From NCBI GenBank assembly GCA_029247585.1, contig JAQWKY010000112.1, positions 6,235-70,234 of the forward strand: 64,000 bases of DNA. The letters run 5' to 3'. Below are positions 1 to 8,840 of this stretch, one piece after another; position 1 is the stretch's first letter; every line of letters begins with the position of its first letter. Both the position numbers and the translations under genes were made by a program. A model generated the notes under the pieces. The model searched no databases. It was not told where the DNA came from and was given only the letters and a program-made list of their open reading frames with translations. This DNA comes from Flavobacteriales bacterium. Its GTDB lineage: Bacteria; Bacteroidota; Bacteroidia; Flavobacteriales; UBA7430.

Positions 1-46
1 TATATTACGTAGAGATTTGCTAGACTGAAATTTAACTAAGCTGAGA

Positions 47-322
47 TTAGACACTCATAACTAAATCAATTGCTTCAATGATTTGGCGATGTTTCAGGGA
101 GTAAAATGTTTTTTTACCTATTCGCTCAGAATGGAGAATGTTTTTGTTTCTAAGAATGTTGAGTTGGTGTGATGCAATGGCTTGTTTGATGTTAAGATTT
201 TTGTAGATCTCAGTAACATTCATTTGATCTGAGGTGGCAAGAAGTTTTACCATGTTCAATCGTAATGGATTAGATAAGGCTTTAAAGATTTCAGCCGTAC
301 TTAAACTTTTTTCACATCCCAT
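47..322 (-). CDS. ArsR/SmtB-family winged-HTH transcriptional regulator
   Basis: 91-aa ORF. The pattern ALSNPLRLNMVKLL...VTEIYKNLNIKQAIASHQLNILRNKNIL...GKKTFYSL matches the ArsR-type HTH plus wing. Confidence 0.75.
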   Translation of the reverse strand: MGCEKSLSTAEIFKALSNPLRLNMVKLLATSDQMNVTEIYKNLNIKQAIASHQLNILRNKNILHSERIGKKTFYSLKHRQIIEAIDLVMSV

Positions 323-642
323 TATTTATTATTTTTATCTTGACAACTAATTCATTGCCAATATAGGTAATTATTAAATACTTTACACATTTGAGCCTGA
401 AAAAATGAGTATATTTGTTTATTACCATAAAGTAATATGTTTTTTGGTCTGAAAATTTATAGTTTCATATATACTTTTCATGCAAAAAACACCACTTTCG
501 AGCCTTGATATTCTATGTATATAGGTTGTTAAAATTATAAACAGCTGATTACCAAGCAATAAATAATTTAATAAGACAACTATATGCTTGACGTATTATT
601 TGTAATTATTTATCATATTTATGTATCGAAAAAATAACCTTT

Positions 643-864
643 GTGTTGAAGAAAGAAGACCTAAATATCAAGATTGCTGAGCGAATAATTCATTATCGTA
701 AGGGGCTTAATTTGTCTCAAGAAGACCTAGGAGATTTATTGGATGTTAGTAAGCAAAACATTCAGATGATTGAAAGTGGTAAAAGAAACCCCGGCACATT
801 CTTGTTGAAAAAAATTGCAAAAGCTCTAGGCGTTTCACTATCTAAATTACTCGAGGGTATATAG
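643..864 (+). CDS. XRE (Cro/C1) family HTH transcriptional regulator
   Basis: 73-aa ORF with a GTG start. LSQEDLGDLLDVSKQNIQMIESGKRNP is a classic HTH_3 motif. It is a stand-alone small regulator. Confidence 0.7.
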   Translation: MLKKEDLNIKIAERIIHYRKGLNLSQEDLGDLLDVSKQNIQMIESGKRNPGTFLLKKIAKALGVSLSKLLEGI

Positions 865-900
865 GTGTAGCTCCTGTCGCTTCTGATTGAGTTCAATCAT

Positions 901-1188
901 TCAAAAGTTCCCTTGAAGTCTTGTGAAATTTATTTGTTGAGTTTCATCGGTTTTACCCATAATTTTACTCCAAGCATTTTGGCTGCTTATCATCAAGTCC
1001 ATCGCTTCATATATTGAAAAAGTGAATTGTGGATTGATAAATACAAAATCTAAGTTCTTATCGTGAATCAAAGTTCCACCTACTTGTATGAGTGGGTAAA
1101 CTGCATGTTTCTGCTTTGTTACTCGCACCACGTAGGTGCTCGTCGGAGCGTTTACTAATGTTATAAGCATCTTGCGCATGACTTGCAC
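901..1188 (-). CDS. hypothetical protein, possibly the 3' part of a frameshifted small secreted protein
   Basis: 95-aa ORF with a GTG start and no recognisable family. Its 5' end is overlapped in another frame by ORF 1058..1267, which carries a signal-peptide-like segment (see findings). Confidence 0.3.
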   Translation of the reverse strand: MQVMRKMLITLVNAPTSTYVVRVTKQKHAVYPLIQVGGTLIHDKNLDFVFINPQFTFSIYEAMDLMISSQNAWSKIMGKTDETQQINFTRLQGNF

Positions 1189-1248
1189 TGGTGAGAAATA
1201 GAAGTAGGAATATAAGTTTTCTCTTACGAATTAGTATTAATAGCGCAC

Positions 1249-1278
1249 AAAAAAACCCTTTAAGCAAAGGGTTTTTTT
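1249..1278 (-). terminator. Rho-independent terminator downstream of purE (bidirectional hairpin)
   Basis: AAACCCTTT-aagc-AAAGGGTTT is a perfect 9-bp stem. It has an A-run on one side and a T-run on the other, and lies 40 nt past the purE stop. Confidence 0.7.
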
Positions 1279-1318
1279 GTGTTCGATTTGTTGTGTGATT
1301 ATTTGTAGACGTCCTAAT

Positions 1319-1831
1319 TTAGGATACTCTGTAGTCAAATTTAAACTCACTTAAATCTTCGTTGGCTTTAATGATTTTTTTCTTGAGAGATTCTTTGTAG
1401 GTAACTAGTTTTTCCATCACTTCAGCATCTCCGGTAGCAATCATCTGCACGGCAAGTATGGCGGCGTTTTGAGCTGCGTCAAGTCCAACCGTAGCAACAG
1501 GAATGCCTGGAGGCATTTGAAGAATAGATAAGATGGAGTCCCATCCATCAATAGATATGGAAGATCGGCAAGGCACTCCAATAATTGGAAGTGGAGTAAA
1601 AGCTGCCATAACCCCAGGAAGATGAGCTGCACCACCTGCACCAGCTATAATAACTTTAACACCCTCTTGGTAAGCTTTGGAAGCATAAGCTTCAACTTGT
1701 TCGGGAGTTCGATGTGCTGAAAGTGCATTTACTTCGAATGGGATCTCTAAATCGTTTAAGAATTTTGCTGCTTTTTGCATTACGGGCCAGTCAGATGTAC
1801 TTCCCATAATGATGCTAACTACTGCTTTCAT
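1319..1831 (-). CDS. purE: 5-(carboxyamino)imidazole ribonucleotide mutase
   Basis: 170 aa. IIMGSTSDWPVM...SAHRTP...IIAGAGGAAHLPGMVAA-type motifs are diagnostic of PurE. Confidence 0.95.
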   Translation of the reverse strand: MKAVVSIIMGSTSDWPVMQKAAKFLNDLEIPFEVNALSAHRTPEQVEAYASKAYQEGVKVIIAGAGGAAHLPGVMAAFTPLPIIGVPCRSSISIDGWDSILSILQMPPGIPVATVGLDAAQNAAILAVQMIATGDAEVMEKLVTYKESLKKKIIKANEDLSEFKFDYRVS

Positions 1832-2024
1832 GGTAAAAATATTTTTTTACAAAAATAAGGATTCATTGTGATGTAGGAAAGCATTTTTAACAAAAGAAGA
1901 AAGAGCAGATTAGCTTTAAATTTTTAGGAAGTATTAGATTGGACCATTCATCGTTTTCACACAAAATATATTGATGTTTTTGGTTTGTTCGATGTCAATT
2001 TATTTTAATGTATTTTTGTTCGGT

Positions 2025-2561
2025 ATGAAAAAGCTTAAGGTTCATGATTTGGACTTTGAAATTTATCTTGAAGATTGCGTATTAAAAGAGCGAATTGTTG
2101 AAATGGCGCTTGAAATACATCAAAAGTTAAATGGTAAAGTTCCTCATTTTGTTGCTGTTTTGAATGGCTCTTTTGTTTTTGCATCTGATTTACTTCGTGC
2201 CTTTCCTGGTGATTGTGAAATATCATTTGTGAAACTGAGTTCCTACGATGGGCTCTCAAGTTCAGGGAAAGTAAATGAACTTATCGGATTGAAAGAAGTT
2301 TTAAATGATAACCCTATCATTGTCTTGGAAGATATCGTTGATACGGGGAAAACACTTTCAAAAATTGATGAAATTTTCAAGCAGAAAGGAAAAGATTGGC
2401 AAATTGCCAGTTTGTTTCTTAAGCCTGAGGTTTATCAAGGAAACAGAAATATTAATTTTGTAGGTTTTGAAATACCTAACAATTTTATATTAGGTTATGG
2501 TCTCGATTATAAAGGATTAGGCCGGAATTTAAATCACGTTTATCAATTGGCGAAAGCTTAA
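2025..2561 (+). CDS. hpt: hypoxanthine phosphoribosyltransferase
   Basis: PRPP-binding motif IIVLEDIVDTGKT and C-terminal GYGLDY. I placed the start at the internal ATG (MKKLKVHDLDFEIY), because the 18 upstream residues of the track ORF look non-native. Confidence 0.85.
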   Translation: MKKLKVHDLDFEIYLEDCVLKERIVEMALEIHQKLNGKVPHFVAVLNGSFVFASDLLRAFPGDCEISFVKLSSYDGLSSSGKVNELIGLKEVLNDNPIIVLEDIVDTGKTLSKIDEIFKQKGKDWQIASLFLKPEVYQGNRNINFVGFEIPNNFILGYGLDYKGLGRNLNHVYQLAKA

Positions 2562-2570
2562 ACATAAAAT

Positions 2571-3146
2571 ATGTTAAATATAGTTTTATTTGGACCTCCA
2601 GGCGCAGGGAAAGGAACCCAGTCAGCCTGTTTAATTGATTCATACAATTTGGTACACCTTTCTACTGGAGATATTTTTAGATCCAACATGAAAGAAGGAA
2701 CCGAATTGGGAACTCTCGCCAGATCTTATATTGATAAGGGCGCTTTAGTTCCTGACGAAGTAACGATTTCTATGCTGGAAGCTGAGGTAAACGGCAATCC
2801 AGATGCCAAGGGTTTTATCTTTGATGGTTTCCCGAGAACAACGGCACAAGCAGAGGCCTTAGATTTATTTTTAAAATCAAAAGGAATTGAAATAACGGCC
2901 ATGTTAGCTCTTGAGGTTGAAGAACAAGAATTGATTTCACGTCTTTTGGAAAGAGGTAAATCTAGCGGTCGTGCGGATGATCAAAATAGAGATGTGATTA
3001 AAAACAGAATTCAGGTTTATGAAACTGAAACGGCTATTTTGAAAGACTATTACACAGCACAAAATAAGTTTGTTGGGGTTGAAGGTGTGGGTTCTATAGA
3101 ATCAATTACACAAAGATTGTGTAAAGAAATAGATGCTTTGGTATAG
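2571..3146 (+). CDS. adk: adenylate kinase
   Basis: 191 aa. P-loop [18 protein letters not shown] and DGFPRT motifs. Confidence 0.95.
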   Translation: MLNIVLFGPPGAGKGTQSACLIDSYNLVHLSTGDIFRSNMKEGTELGTLARSYIDKGALVPDEVTISMLEAEVNGNPDAKGFIFDGFPRTTAQAEALDLFLKSKGIEITAMLALEVEEQELISRLLERGKSSGRADDQNRDVIKNRIQVYETETAILKDYYTAQNKFVGVEGVGSIESITQRLCKEIDALV

Positions 3147-4144
3147 TGGCTGTAAACGGATCTAATTTTGTTGATTATGTTAAGATTCACTGTGCCGCCG
3201 GCCATGGGGGTGCAGGATCTGTCCATCTACATCGTTCTCGTTTAACCGCAAAAGGAGGGCCCGATGGTGGTGATGGCGGTAGAGGTGGTAACGTTTACCT
3301 GCGCGGTAATGATCAAATGTGGACGCTACTTCATCTAAAATACAAACGACATGTAAAAGCAGGTAGGGGAGGAAATGGCTCTTCTAATAATAGTTTTGGA
3401 GATGACGGAGAAGACCAGTATGTTGAAGTTCCTCTAGGAACGGTAGCCAAAGACGCTGAAACGGGGGAAGTTCTTTATGAAATAACAGAACATGGTGAAG
3501 AAGTCATTCTTCGTAAAGGAGGATTAGGTGGAAGAGGTAACTCATGGTTTAAAAATTCAGTTCGGCAAACCCCAAGATATGCTCAGCCAGGAACAGATGG
3601 TGACGAAGGATGGAATATTCTTGAACTTAAGGTACTTGCAGATGTTGGTTTGGTAGGATTCCCAAATGCAGGTAAGTCAACTTTATTGTCTGTAATATCT
3701 GCTGCTAAACCTAAAATTGCCAACTATCCTTTCACCACTTTAGTGCCTAATTTGGGTATTGTTTCTTATCGAGGTGACCGTTCTTTTGTGATGGCTGATA
3801 TTCCCGGGATTATTGAAGGAGCAAGTGAAGGAAAAGGTTTAGGGCTTCGTTTTTTAAGACATATCGAGCGTAACTCGACCTTATTGTTTTTGGTCCCGGC
3901 CGATGCAGATGATATTGAATCGGAGTATAAGGTTCTACTTAAGGAATTAGAAACGTATAATCCAGAGTTGTTAGACAAGGATCGCTTATTGGCAATTTCA
4001 AAATCTGACATGTTGGATGAAGAATTGAGAGCAGAGGTAGAGAAGACACTACCCGAAGGAGTGAAGACGATTTTCTTTTCTTCTGTAGCACAGCACGGCT
4101 TAATCGAGTTAAAAGACTTAATCTGGAATCAATTAAATGCTTAG
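3146..4144 (+). CDS. obg: GTPase Obg/CgtA
   Basis: 332 aa. Glycine-rich Obg fold ([10 protein letters not shown]), G1 [10 protein letters not shown]3 DIPG. The GTG start overlaps the adk stop by 1 nt. Confidence 0.95.
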   Translation: MAVNGSNFVDYVKIHCAAGHGGAGSVHLHRSRLTAKGGPDGGDGGRGGNVYLRGNDQMWTLLHLKYKRHVKAGRGGNGSSNNSFGDDGEDQYVEVPLGTVAKDAETGEVLYEITEHGEEVILRKGGLGGRGNSWFKNSVRQTPRYAQPGTDGDEGWNILELKVLADVGLVGFPNAGKSTLLSVISAAKPKIANYPFTTLVPNLGIVSYRGDRSFVMADIPGIIEGASEGKGLGLRFLRHIERNSTLLFLVPADADDIESEYKVLLKELETYNPELLDKDRLLAISKSDMLDEELRAEVEKTLPEGVKTIFFSSVAQHGLIELKDLIWNQLNA

Positions 4145-4706
4145 TAAAATACTACAAGGAGATCAAGATTTGTTTTTGTTGTTAAACGGTTTAGGGACAG
4201 AGGCCTGGGATGGTTTTTGGGTTTTTGTATCCAGTACCCAATCAGCAATCCCTTTATTTCTTCTGATTGTATTTTTACTGATTAAAAAATATCGAAAGCA
4301 CTTTTGGGTGGGTTTAATCATCATCTCAATTGCTGTAGGCTTAGCAGATTTCACCTCTGTTCATTGTTTTAAGAATGTATTTATGCGCCTAAGGCCAAGT
4401 CATGCGCCTGAATTGGCTGATCAAATCAGATTGTTGGTTTCAAAAGGAGGGTTGTATGGATTTGTATCCTCTCATGCCGCTAATTTTTTTGCCCTAGCCG
4501 CAATAGCTTCATCTGTTTTTTCTGATCGAAAACACCTTCCCTATATATTTTACACATGGGCAGTTTTAGTTGCATACAGTAGAATTTATGTAGGGAAACA
4601 TTACCCATTAGATATTCTTGGAGGTGCCATTTTAGGTGTGTTCATTGCAAAATTGATTTGGGCAGTCGCCAAGAAGATTAAGAAAAAGTATCCTTCAGTC
4701 CTATGA
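4137..4706 (+). CDS. PAP2-family (type 2 phosphatidic acid/undecaprenyl-diphosphate) phosphatase
   Basis: 189 aa and multi-TM. Motifs KNVFMRLRP...SSHA...[16 protein letters not shown] are the PAP2 signature. Overlaps the obg end by 8 nt. Confidence 0.8.
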   Translation: MLSKILQGDQDLFLLLNGLGTEAWDGFWVFVSSTQSAIPLFLLIVFLLIKKYRKHFWVGLIIISIAVGLADFTSVHCFKNVFMRLRPSHAPELADQIRLLVSKGGLYGFVSSHAANFFALAAIASSVFSDRKHLPYIFYTWAVLVAYSRIYVGKHYPLDILGGAILGVFIAKLIWAVAKKIKKKYPSVL

Positions 4707-5080
4707 ATATAGTTGCAATATTTATTGGTGGTGGTTTGGGGAGCTTATGTCGTTATGCATTGAGTAAATGTACCTCTGTGTATTTCACTTCGTATTTTGC
4801 CTACGCTACTTTATTCTCAAACGTGCTTAGCACCTTGATTTTAGCTTCTTTTGTGTATTTTTTTCAGGAAAAAATGGGTTTAAATGATACTTGGAAGTTT
4901 TTTGTGATTACCGGTTTTTGTGGAGGGTTTAGCACTTTTTCTACCTTTAGCTTTGAGACTTTTGAAATGCTCAAGAACGGTCAAAGTCTCCTGGCGATTA
5001 TCAACGTATTGCTGAGTGTGTTTTGTTGTTTGTTTATCCTTTACATTCTCTACAAAACAGGAACGGCTTCGTCATCATGA
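4703..5080 (+). CDS. crcB: fluoride ion channel CrcB/FluC
   Basis: 125 aa with 4 TM. GGGLGSLCRY and GFCGGFSTFSTFSFE motifs. ATGA overlap with the PAP2 gene. Confidence 0.9.
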   Translation: MNIVAIFIGGGLGSLCRYALSKCTSVYFTSYFAYATLFSNVLSTLILASFVYFFQEKMGLNDTWKFFVITGFCGGFSTFSTFSFETFEMLKNGQSLLAIINVLLSVFCCLFILYILYKTGTASSS

Positions 5081-5163
5081 AACACATAGTTATTCTGTTA
5101 TACACAAGTGAATTGCTTAGCATTAGAAAAAACACATAGAAACTTACTTTAATAACCCTCCTT

Positions 5164-6780
5164 ATGAAACCTCTTTTTATCGTTCTCTTAGTTTTAAATT
5201 CCATCGTTTTTGCTCAGGGTCAAGCTCCTAAATTGATTGTAGGAATTGTTGTAGATCAAATGCGTTATGATTACATCAATCGATATTGGGATGATTTTAG
5301 TGAGGGCGGATTTAAACGCTTGGTTGCCGAAGGTTACAATTGTACAAACACCCATTACAATTACATTCCTACTTATACAGGTCCTGGTCATGCTTCCATA
5401 TACACAGGAGCGACACCATCAACCCACGGAATCATATCTAATTCCTGGTTTAATAAGGATACTGAAGAATATGGCTACTGTGTTTCGGATCCAACGATGA
5501 ATACCATTGGTGCTGATAATGAGTCCGGAAAAATGTCTCCCTCAAAAATGTTGACCACTACTTTTGGTGATGAGATGCGCTTATTTTCCATGAACCGATC
5601 TAAAGTCATAGCTATAGGATTAAAAGATCGCTCAGCAGTTCTTCCAGCCGGACACATGGGTAATTTTGCCTTTTGGTTAGATTCTGAAACTGGAGATTTT
5701 GTTTCGAGTTCTTATTACGGTCTTCGCCTTCCAAAATGGGCACAGAAGTTTAACAAGAGAAATCTCTGCGAGACGTATTTATCTGAGCCCTGGAATTTGT
5801 TGTTAAATTCAAAGGACTATGACGAAAGTCTTGTAGACAACAGCGTCTATGAGGGACCTTTTAAGGGCCAGAAATACCCTAAATTTCCTCATGACTTGCC
5901 GAGTCTTATCGAAGAAAATGGTAAAGGATTAATAAAGTCAACTCCTTTTGGAAACACGCTTACTAAAGACATGGCCATTGCTGCTATCGAGGGGGAGCGT
6001 TTGGGTCAGGATGAGCATACCGATCTTTTAGCAATTAGCTTTTCACCACCTGACTATGTGGGTCACCAATTTGGTGCAGATTCGAGAGAAACTCAAGACA
6101 CCTATTTAAGATTGGACAGAGATATCGAGACTTTTTTATCTTATTTGGATGAAAATTTAGGGAAAGAAAACGTCTTGGTTTTTTTAACCTCTGATCACGG
6201 AGCTGTTCGAACACCGGCATACTTAAAGGACAGAAATATTCCTGCTGGCTACTTTGATGCAGAAGAGCCCGTGAGAGAGTTGAAGCAATTTTTACAAAAC
6301 ATTTATGGTTTTGGAGAATGGGTAAAGACTTATGGTAATGCGCAGGTTTTTTTAAATCGAGAATTAATTTTTGAAAAGTATCTAAGTCTGGAAGAGGTAC
6401 AACAACAAACGGCTAATTTTATGCTTCGTTATGATGGCGTTCAGAAAGCAATTTGTGCACATTCACTAGAGAACAATGAGTTTGACACAGGGTCTTTGGC
6501 ATCCTTGCAAAAGGGATATCATCAGAAACGATCTGGAGATGTATTGTTGGTTTTGGACCCAGCTTGGATTGAATACCACCATACGGGAACCACTCATGGC
6601 TCCGGATATACCTACGATCAGCACGTACCTTTAATCTGGTATGGCTGGAATGTAAAATCAGGAAAGACAACAGAGAAAACAGCGGTCACGGATATTGCAT
6701 CCACAATTTCGAGTCTTTTGGGCATCAGTTTTCCTAATGGATCATTAGCAAATGTAATCCCTATTCCTCTAGGCGAGTAA
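5164..6780 (+). CDS. alkaline phosphatase / nucleotide pyrophosphatase-phosphodiesterase family, PafA-like
   Basis: 538 aa with a signal peptide. N-terminal VDQMRYDY metal/nucleophile region, TYTGPGHAS and LTSDHG motifs typical of the NPP/PafA branch. Confidence 0.8.
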   Translation: MKPLFIVLLVLNSIVFAQGQAPKLIVGIVVDQMRYDYINRYWDDFSEGGFKRLVAEGYNCTNTHYNYIPTYTGPGHASIYTGATPSTHGIISNSWFNKDTEEYGYCVSDPTMNTIGADNESGKMSPSKMLTTTFGDEMRLFSMNRSKVIAIGLKDRSAVLPAGHMGNFAFWLDSETGDFVSSSYYGLRLPKWAQKFNKRNLCETYLSEPWNLLLNSKDYDESLVDNSVYEGPFKGQKYPKFPHDLPSLIEENGKGLIKSTPFGNTLTKDMAIAAIEGERLGQDEHTDLLAISFSPPDYVGHQFGADSRETQDTYLRLDRDIETFLSYLDENLGKENVLVFLTSDHGAVRTPAYLKDRNIPAGYFDAEEPVRELKQFLQNIYGFGEWVKTYGNAQVFLNRELIFEKYLSLEEVQQQTANFMLRYDGVQKAICAHSLENNEFDTGSLASLQKGYHQKRSGDVLLVLDPAWIEYHHTGTTHGSGYTYDQHVPLIWYGWNVKSGKTTEKTAVTDIASTISSLLGISFPNGSLANVIPIPLGE

Positions 6781-6791
6781 AGCTTTTAAAC

Positions 6792-7442
6792 TTATTGGTT
6801 CCCCTTTTTTCGACAGATCATGAGGCCGTCTCTTAATGGGAGTAGCAGATTTTCAACGGCTGGATGATCTTGAACCTTTTTGTTGTATTCTAGCAACGCT
6901 TTGGTTGCTTTGTCTGATGGGTCTAATTCTTCAATGATTTTCCCTGACCACAAAACATTGTCTGCAATAATCCATCCTCCCGGTTTAATTTTATCAATCA
7001 AAAGATCAAAATAGAGGGGGTAATTTTTTTTATCGGCATCGATAAATGCTAAGTCTATTTCTAGATCTAAGTTAGGGATGATCTGACTGGCATCGCCAAT
7101 GTGTTGAACAATTTGGTGTTCGAATCCCGCTTTTTTAAAATAGCGGGTTGTCATATCCTCTAATTCCTCGTTTACATCAATCGTATGTATAACACCATCT
7201 GCGGGCAGTCCTTTTGCAAGGCATATGGCGGAGTAGCCTGTGTAGGTGCCGATTTCGAGAATGCATTTTGCTTGAAGCATTCGGCTAATCATCGTCAAGA
7301 ACTGGCCTTGAAGATTTCCAGAAATCATACGCGGGTTTAATACCGAGGTGTGAGTTTCGTGATTTAAGGCACTTAAGATTTCGCATTCAGGGCTCGTATG
7401 GTTGTTGCAGTAGTTGTCGAGTTCCTTCGAAATAAATTCCAT
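6792..7442 (-). CDS. class I SAM-dependent O-methyltransferase (caffeoyl-CoA OMT / family 3-like)
   Basis: 216 aa. ILEIGTYTGYSAI SAM-binding motif, FIDADKKNY, and an overall O-methyltransferase family 3 layout. Confidence 0.8.
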   Translation of the reverse strand: MEFISKELDNYCNNHTSPECEILSALNHETHTSVLNPRMISGNLQGQFLTMISRMLQAKCILEIGTYTGYSAICLAKGLPADGVIHTIDVNEELEDMTTRYFKKAGFEHQIVQHIGDASQIIPNLDLEIDLAFIDADKKNYPLYFDLLIDKIKPGGWIIADNVLWSGKIIEELDPSDKATKALLEYNKKVQDHPAVENLLLPLRDGLMICRKKGNQ

Positions 7443-7443
7443 G

Positions 7444-8676
7444 CTAAGCTTCTTTGGGTTCGTAAATGATGGTACTCAACTGCCCTTCTTTGAAGATTTC
7501 TTGAGCCACGTCTTGAATTTCCTCAGCTGTAATGGCTAGAATTTTCTGATTGATTTCTTCGATACGTTCAACTTTATCAAAAGTCTGGTAACTTTTAGCG
7601 ATGGACTGCATGAGGTTGCAGTTGTTTTCTTGTGCGATTGCTAATTGCCCTATCAATTGTTGTTTTGCCTTTTTTAGCTGAAGAGGCCCAAGCTTAATCT
7701 CCCGAAGCTTTTTAAGCTCTTTATAGATCAGCTTGATGGTCTTTTTTACGCTTTGTGGCTCTGTACCAAAATAGATACTCCAGACTCCAGTGTCTTGGTA
7801 GGTGGTGTAGTTTGATTCAATCGTGTAGGTAAAGCCGTATTTCTCTCTAATACTCAAATTCAGTCGAGAATTCATCCCCGGACCTCCCAATAAATTGTTG
7901 AGTAAAATTAGAGCTTGGGCCTTTGGGTCTTTGGCACTATAAGCTCTATTTCCAATAATGCAATGGGCTTGCAGAATGTCTTTTTTAACAATCAGTTCTC
8001 GCGTTTCATAACCGTTGATGGTCAATCGTTTGTGTTTGCGGAGATTGCTGGGGATGTGGTTCAAATGTTTTTCAGCATAGCGTACGAGCTTATTAAAGTC
8101 AATATTACCTACCGAGCTCAAAATCATTTGGTCGGTATTGTAATGCTGCTGCATATAGGCTTTAACGGATTTTGAGTTAAACCTCTGAATGGTTTTTTTC
8201 ATGCCCAGGATGTTTCTTCCTATGGGGTGGCCGTGATAAATCAGCTCTTCATAATCATCGAAAATTGCTTCCGAAGGACTATCGAGGTAGGAGTAAATCT
8301 CGTCCATAATCACATCTTTTTCTTTTTCCAGTTCTTTTTCAGGAAGTGAGGCATTGAAAATGATGTCACTCAAAAGTTCGATGGATCGCTCGTAATAGTC
8401 GTTCACAAAAGAAGCATAGTACCAAGTTTCTTCTTTTGTAGTGTAGGCATTCAATTCACCACCTACATCTTCCAAGCGACTTAGAATATGGAACGCTTTG
8501 CGTTTTTTTGTTCCTTTAAACAACGCATGCTCTATAAAGTGGGCCATGCCTTGCTCAGGCGCAGCTTCATCTCTAGATCCTGTATTGATCATTATACCAC
8601 AATGAGCAACGGCGCTCTTCACGGGGTGGTGAATGATGCGTATCCCATTAGCCAATTGATGCGTTTGAATTTTCAT
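7444..8676 (-). CDS. M16-family (insulinase/pitrilysin-like) zinc peptidase
   Basis: Inverted zinc motif HFIEH followed by a downstream E. I placed the start at the internal ATG (MKIQTHQLANGIR), which removes the overlap with the divergent gene at 8841. Confidence 0.8.
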   Translation of the reverse strand: MKIQTHQLANGIRIIHHPVKSAVAHCGIMINTGSRDEAAPEQGMAHFIEHALFKGTKKRKAFHILSRLEDVGGELNAYTTKEETWYYASFVNDYYERSIELLSDIIFNASLPEKELEKEKDVIMDEIYSYLDSPSEAIFDDYEELIYHGHPIGRNILGMKKTIQRFNSKSVKAYMQQHYNTDQMILSSVGNIDFNKLVRYAEKHLNHIPSNLRKHKRLTINGYETRELIVKKDILQAHCIIGNRAYSAKDPKAQALILLNNLLGGPGMNSRLNLSIREKYGFTYTIESNYTTYQDTGVWSIYFGTEPQSVKKTIKLIYKELKKLREIKLGPLQLKKAKQQLIGQLAIAQENNCNLMQSIAKSYQTFDKVERIEEINQKILAITAEEIQDVAQEIFKEGQLSTIIYEPKEA

Positions 8677-8840
8677 TCGGTAAAGATAAGTATTAAGTGT
8701 AAGCTTTTTCCTCCCATTCAGTTTTGAGATGTAGAATTTAGTGATTTCAATTTTGCGTAGCATAGATTCATAACTAAAAGCGTTTTGAATTTGATTATTG
8801 ATATGATGGTTTATCTTTGAGACAAACAAAATCTTTCGCT

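Noticed and set aside
323-642. 320-nt very AT-rich spacer between the divergent ArsR and XRE regulators. It has a TATATTTG box at 410-417 and a 23-codon ORF at 437
   Set aside because: The -7-like box could be chance in such AT-rich DNA. The small ORF has no support, and I saw no hairpin or terminator to suggest an sRNA. I left it as a plain divergent promoter region.
1971-2024. N-terminal extensions suggested by the six-frame track (hpt 1971, M16 peptidase 8829, protease 8817, pheT 32041, hydrolase 50352, mraZ 50470, ftsA 62564, recG 19379)
   Set aside because: In each case a downstream start yields the canonical family N-terminus or signal peptide and removes overlaps with neighbouring genes or operator sites. 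The longer forms are artefacts of choosing the longest ORF.
4100-4710. I looked for a fluoride (crcB-motif) riboswitch upstream of crcB
   Set aside because: crcB overlaps the PAP2 gene by ATGA, and that gene overlaps obg. There is no non-coding space for a riboswitch, so crcB appears constitutively co-transcribed.
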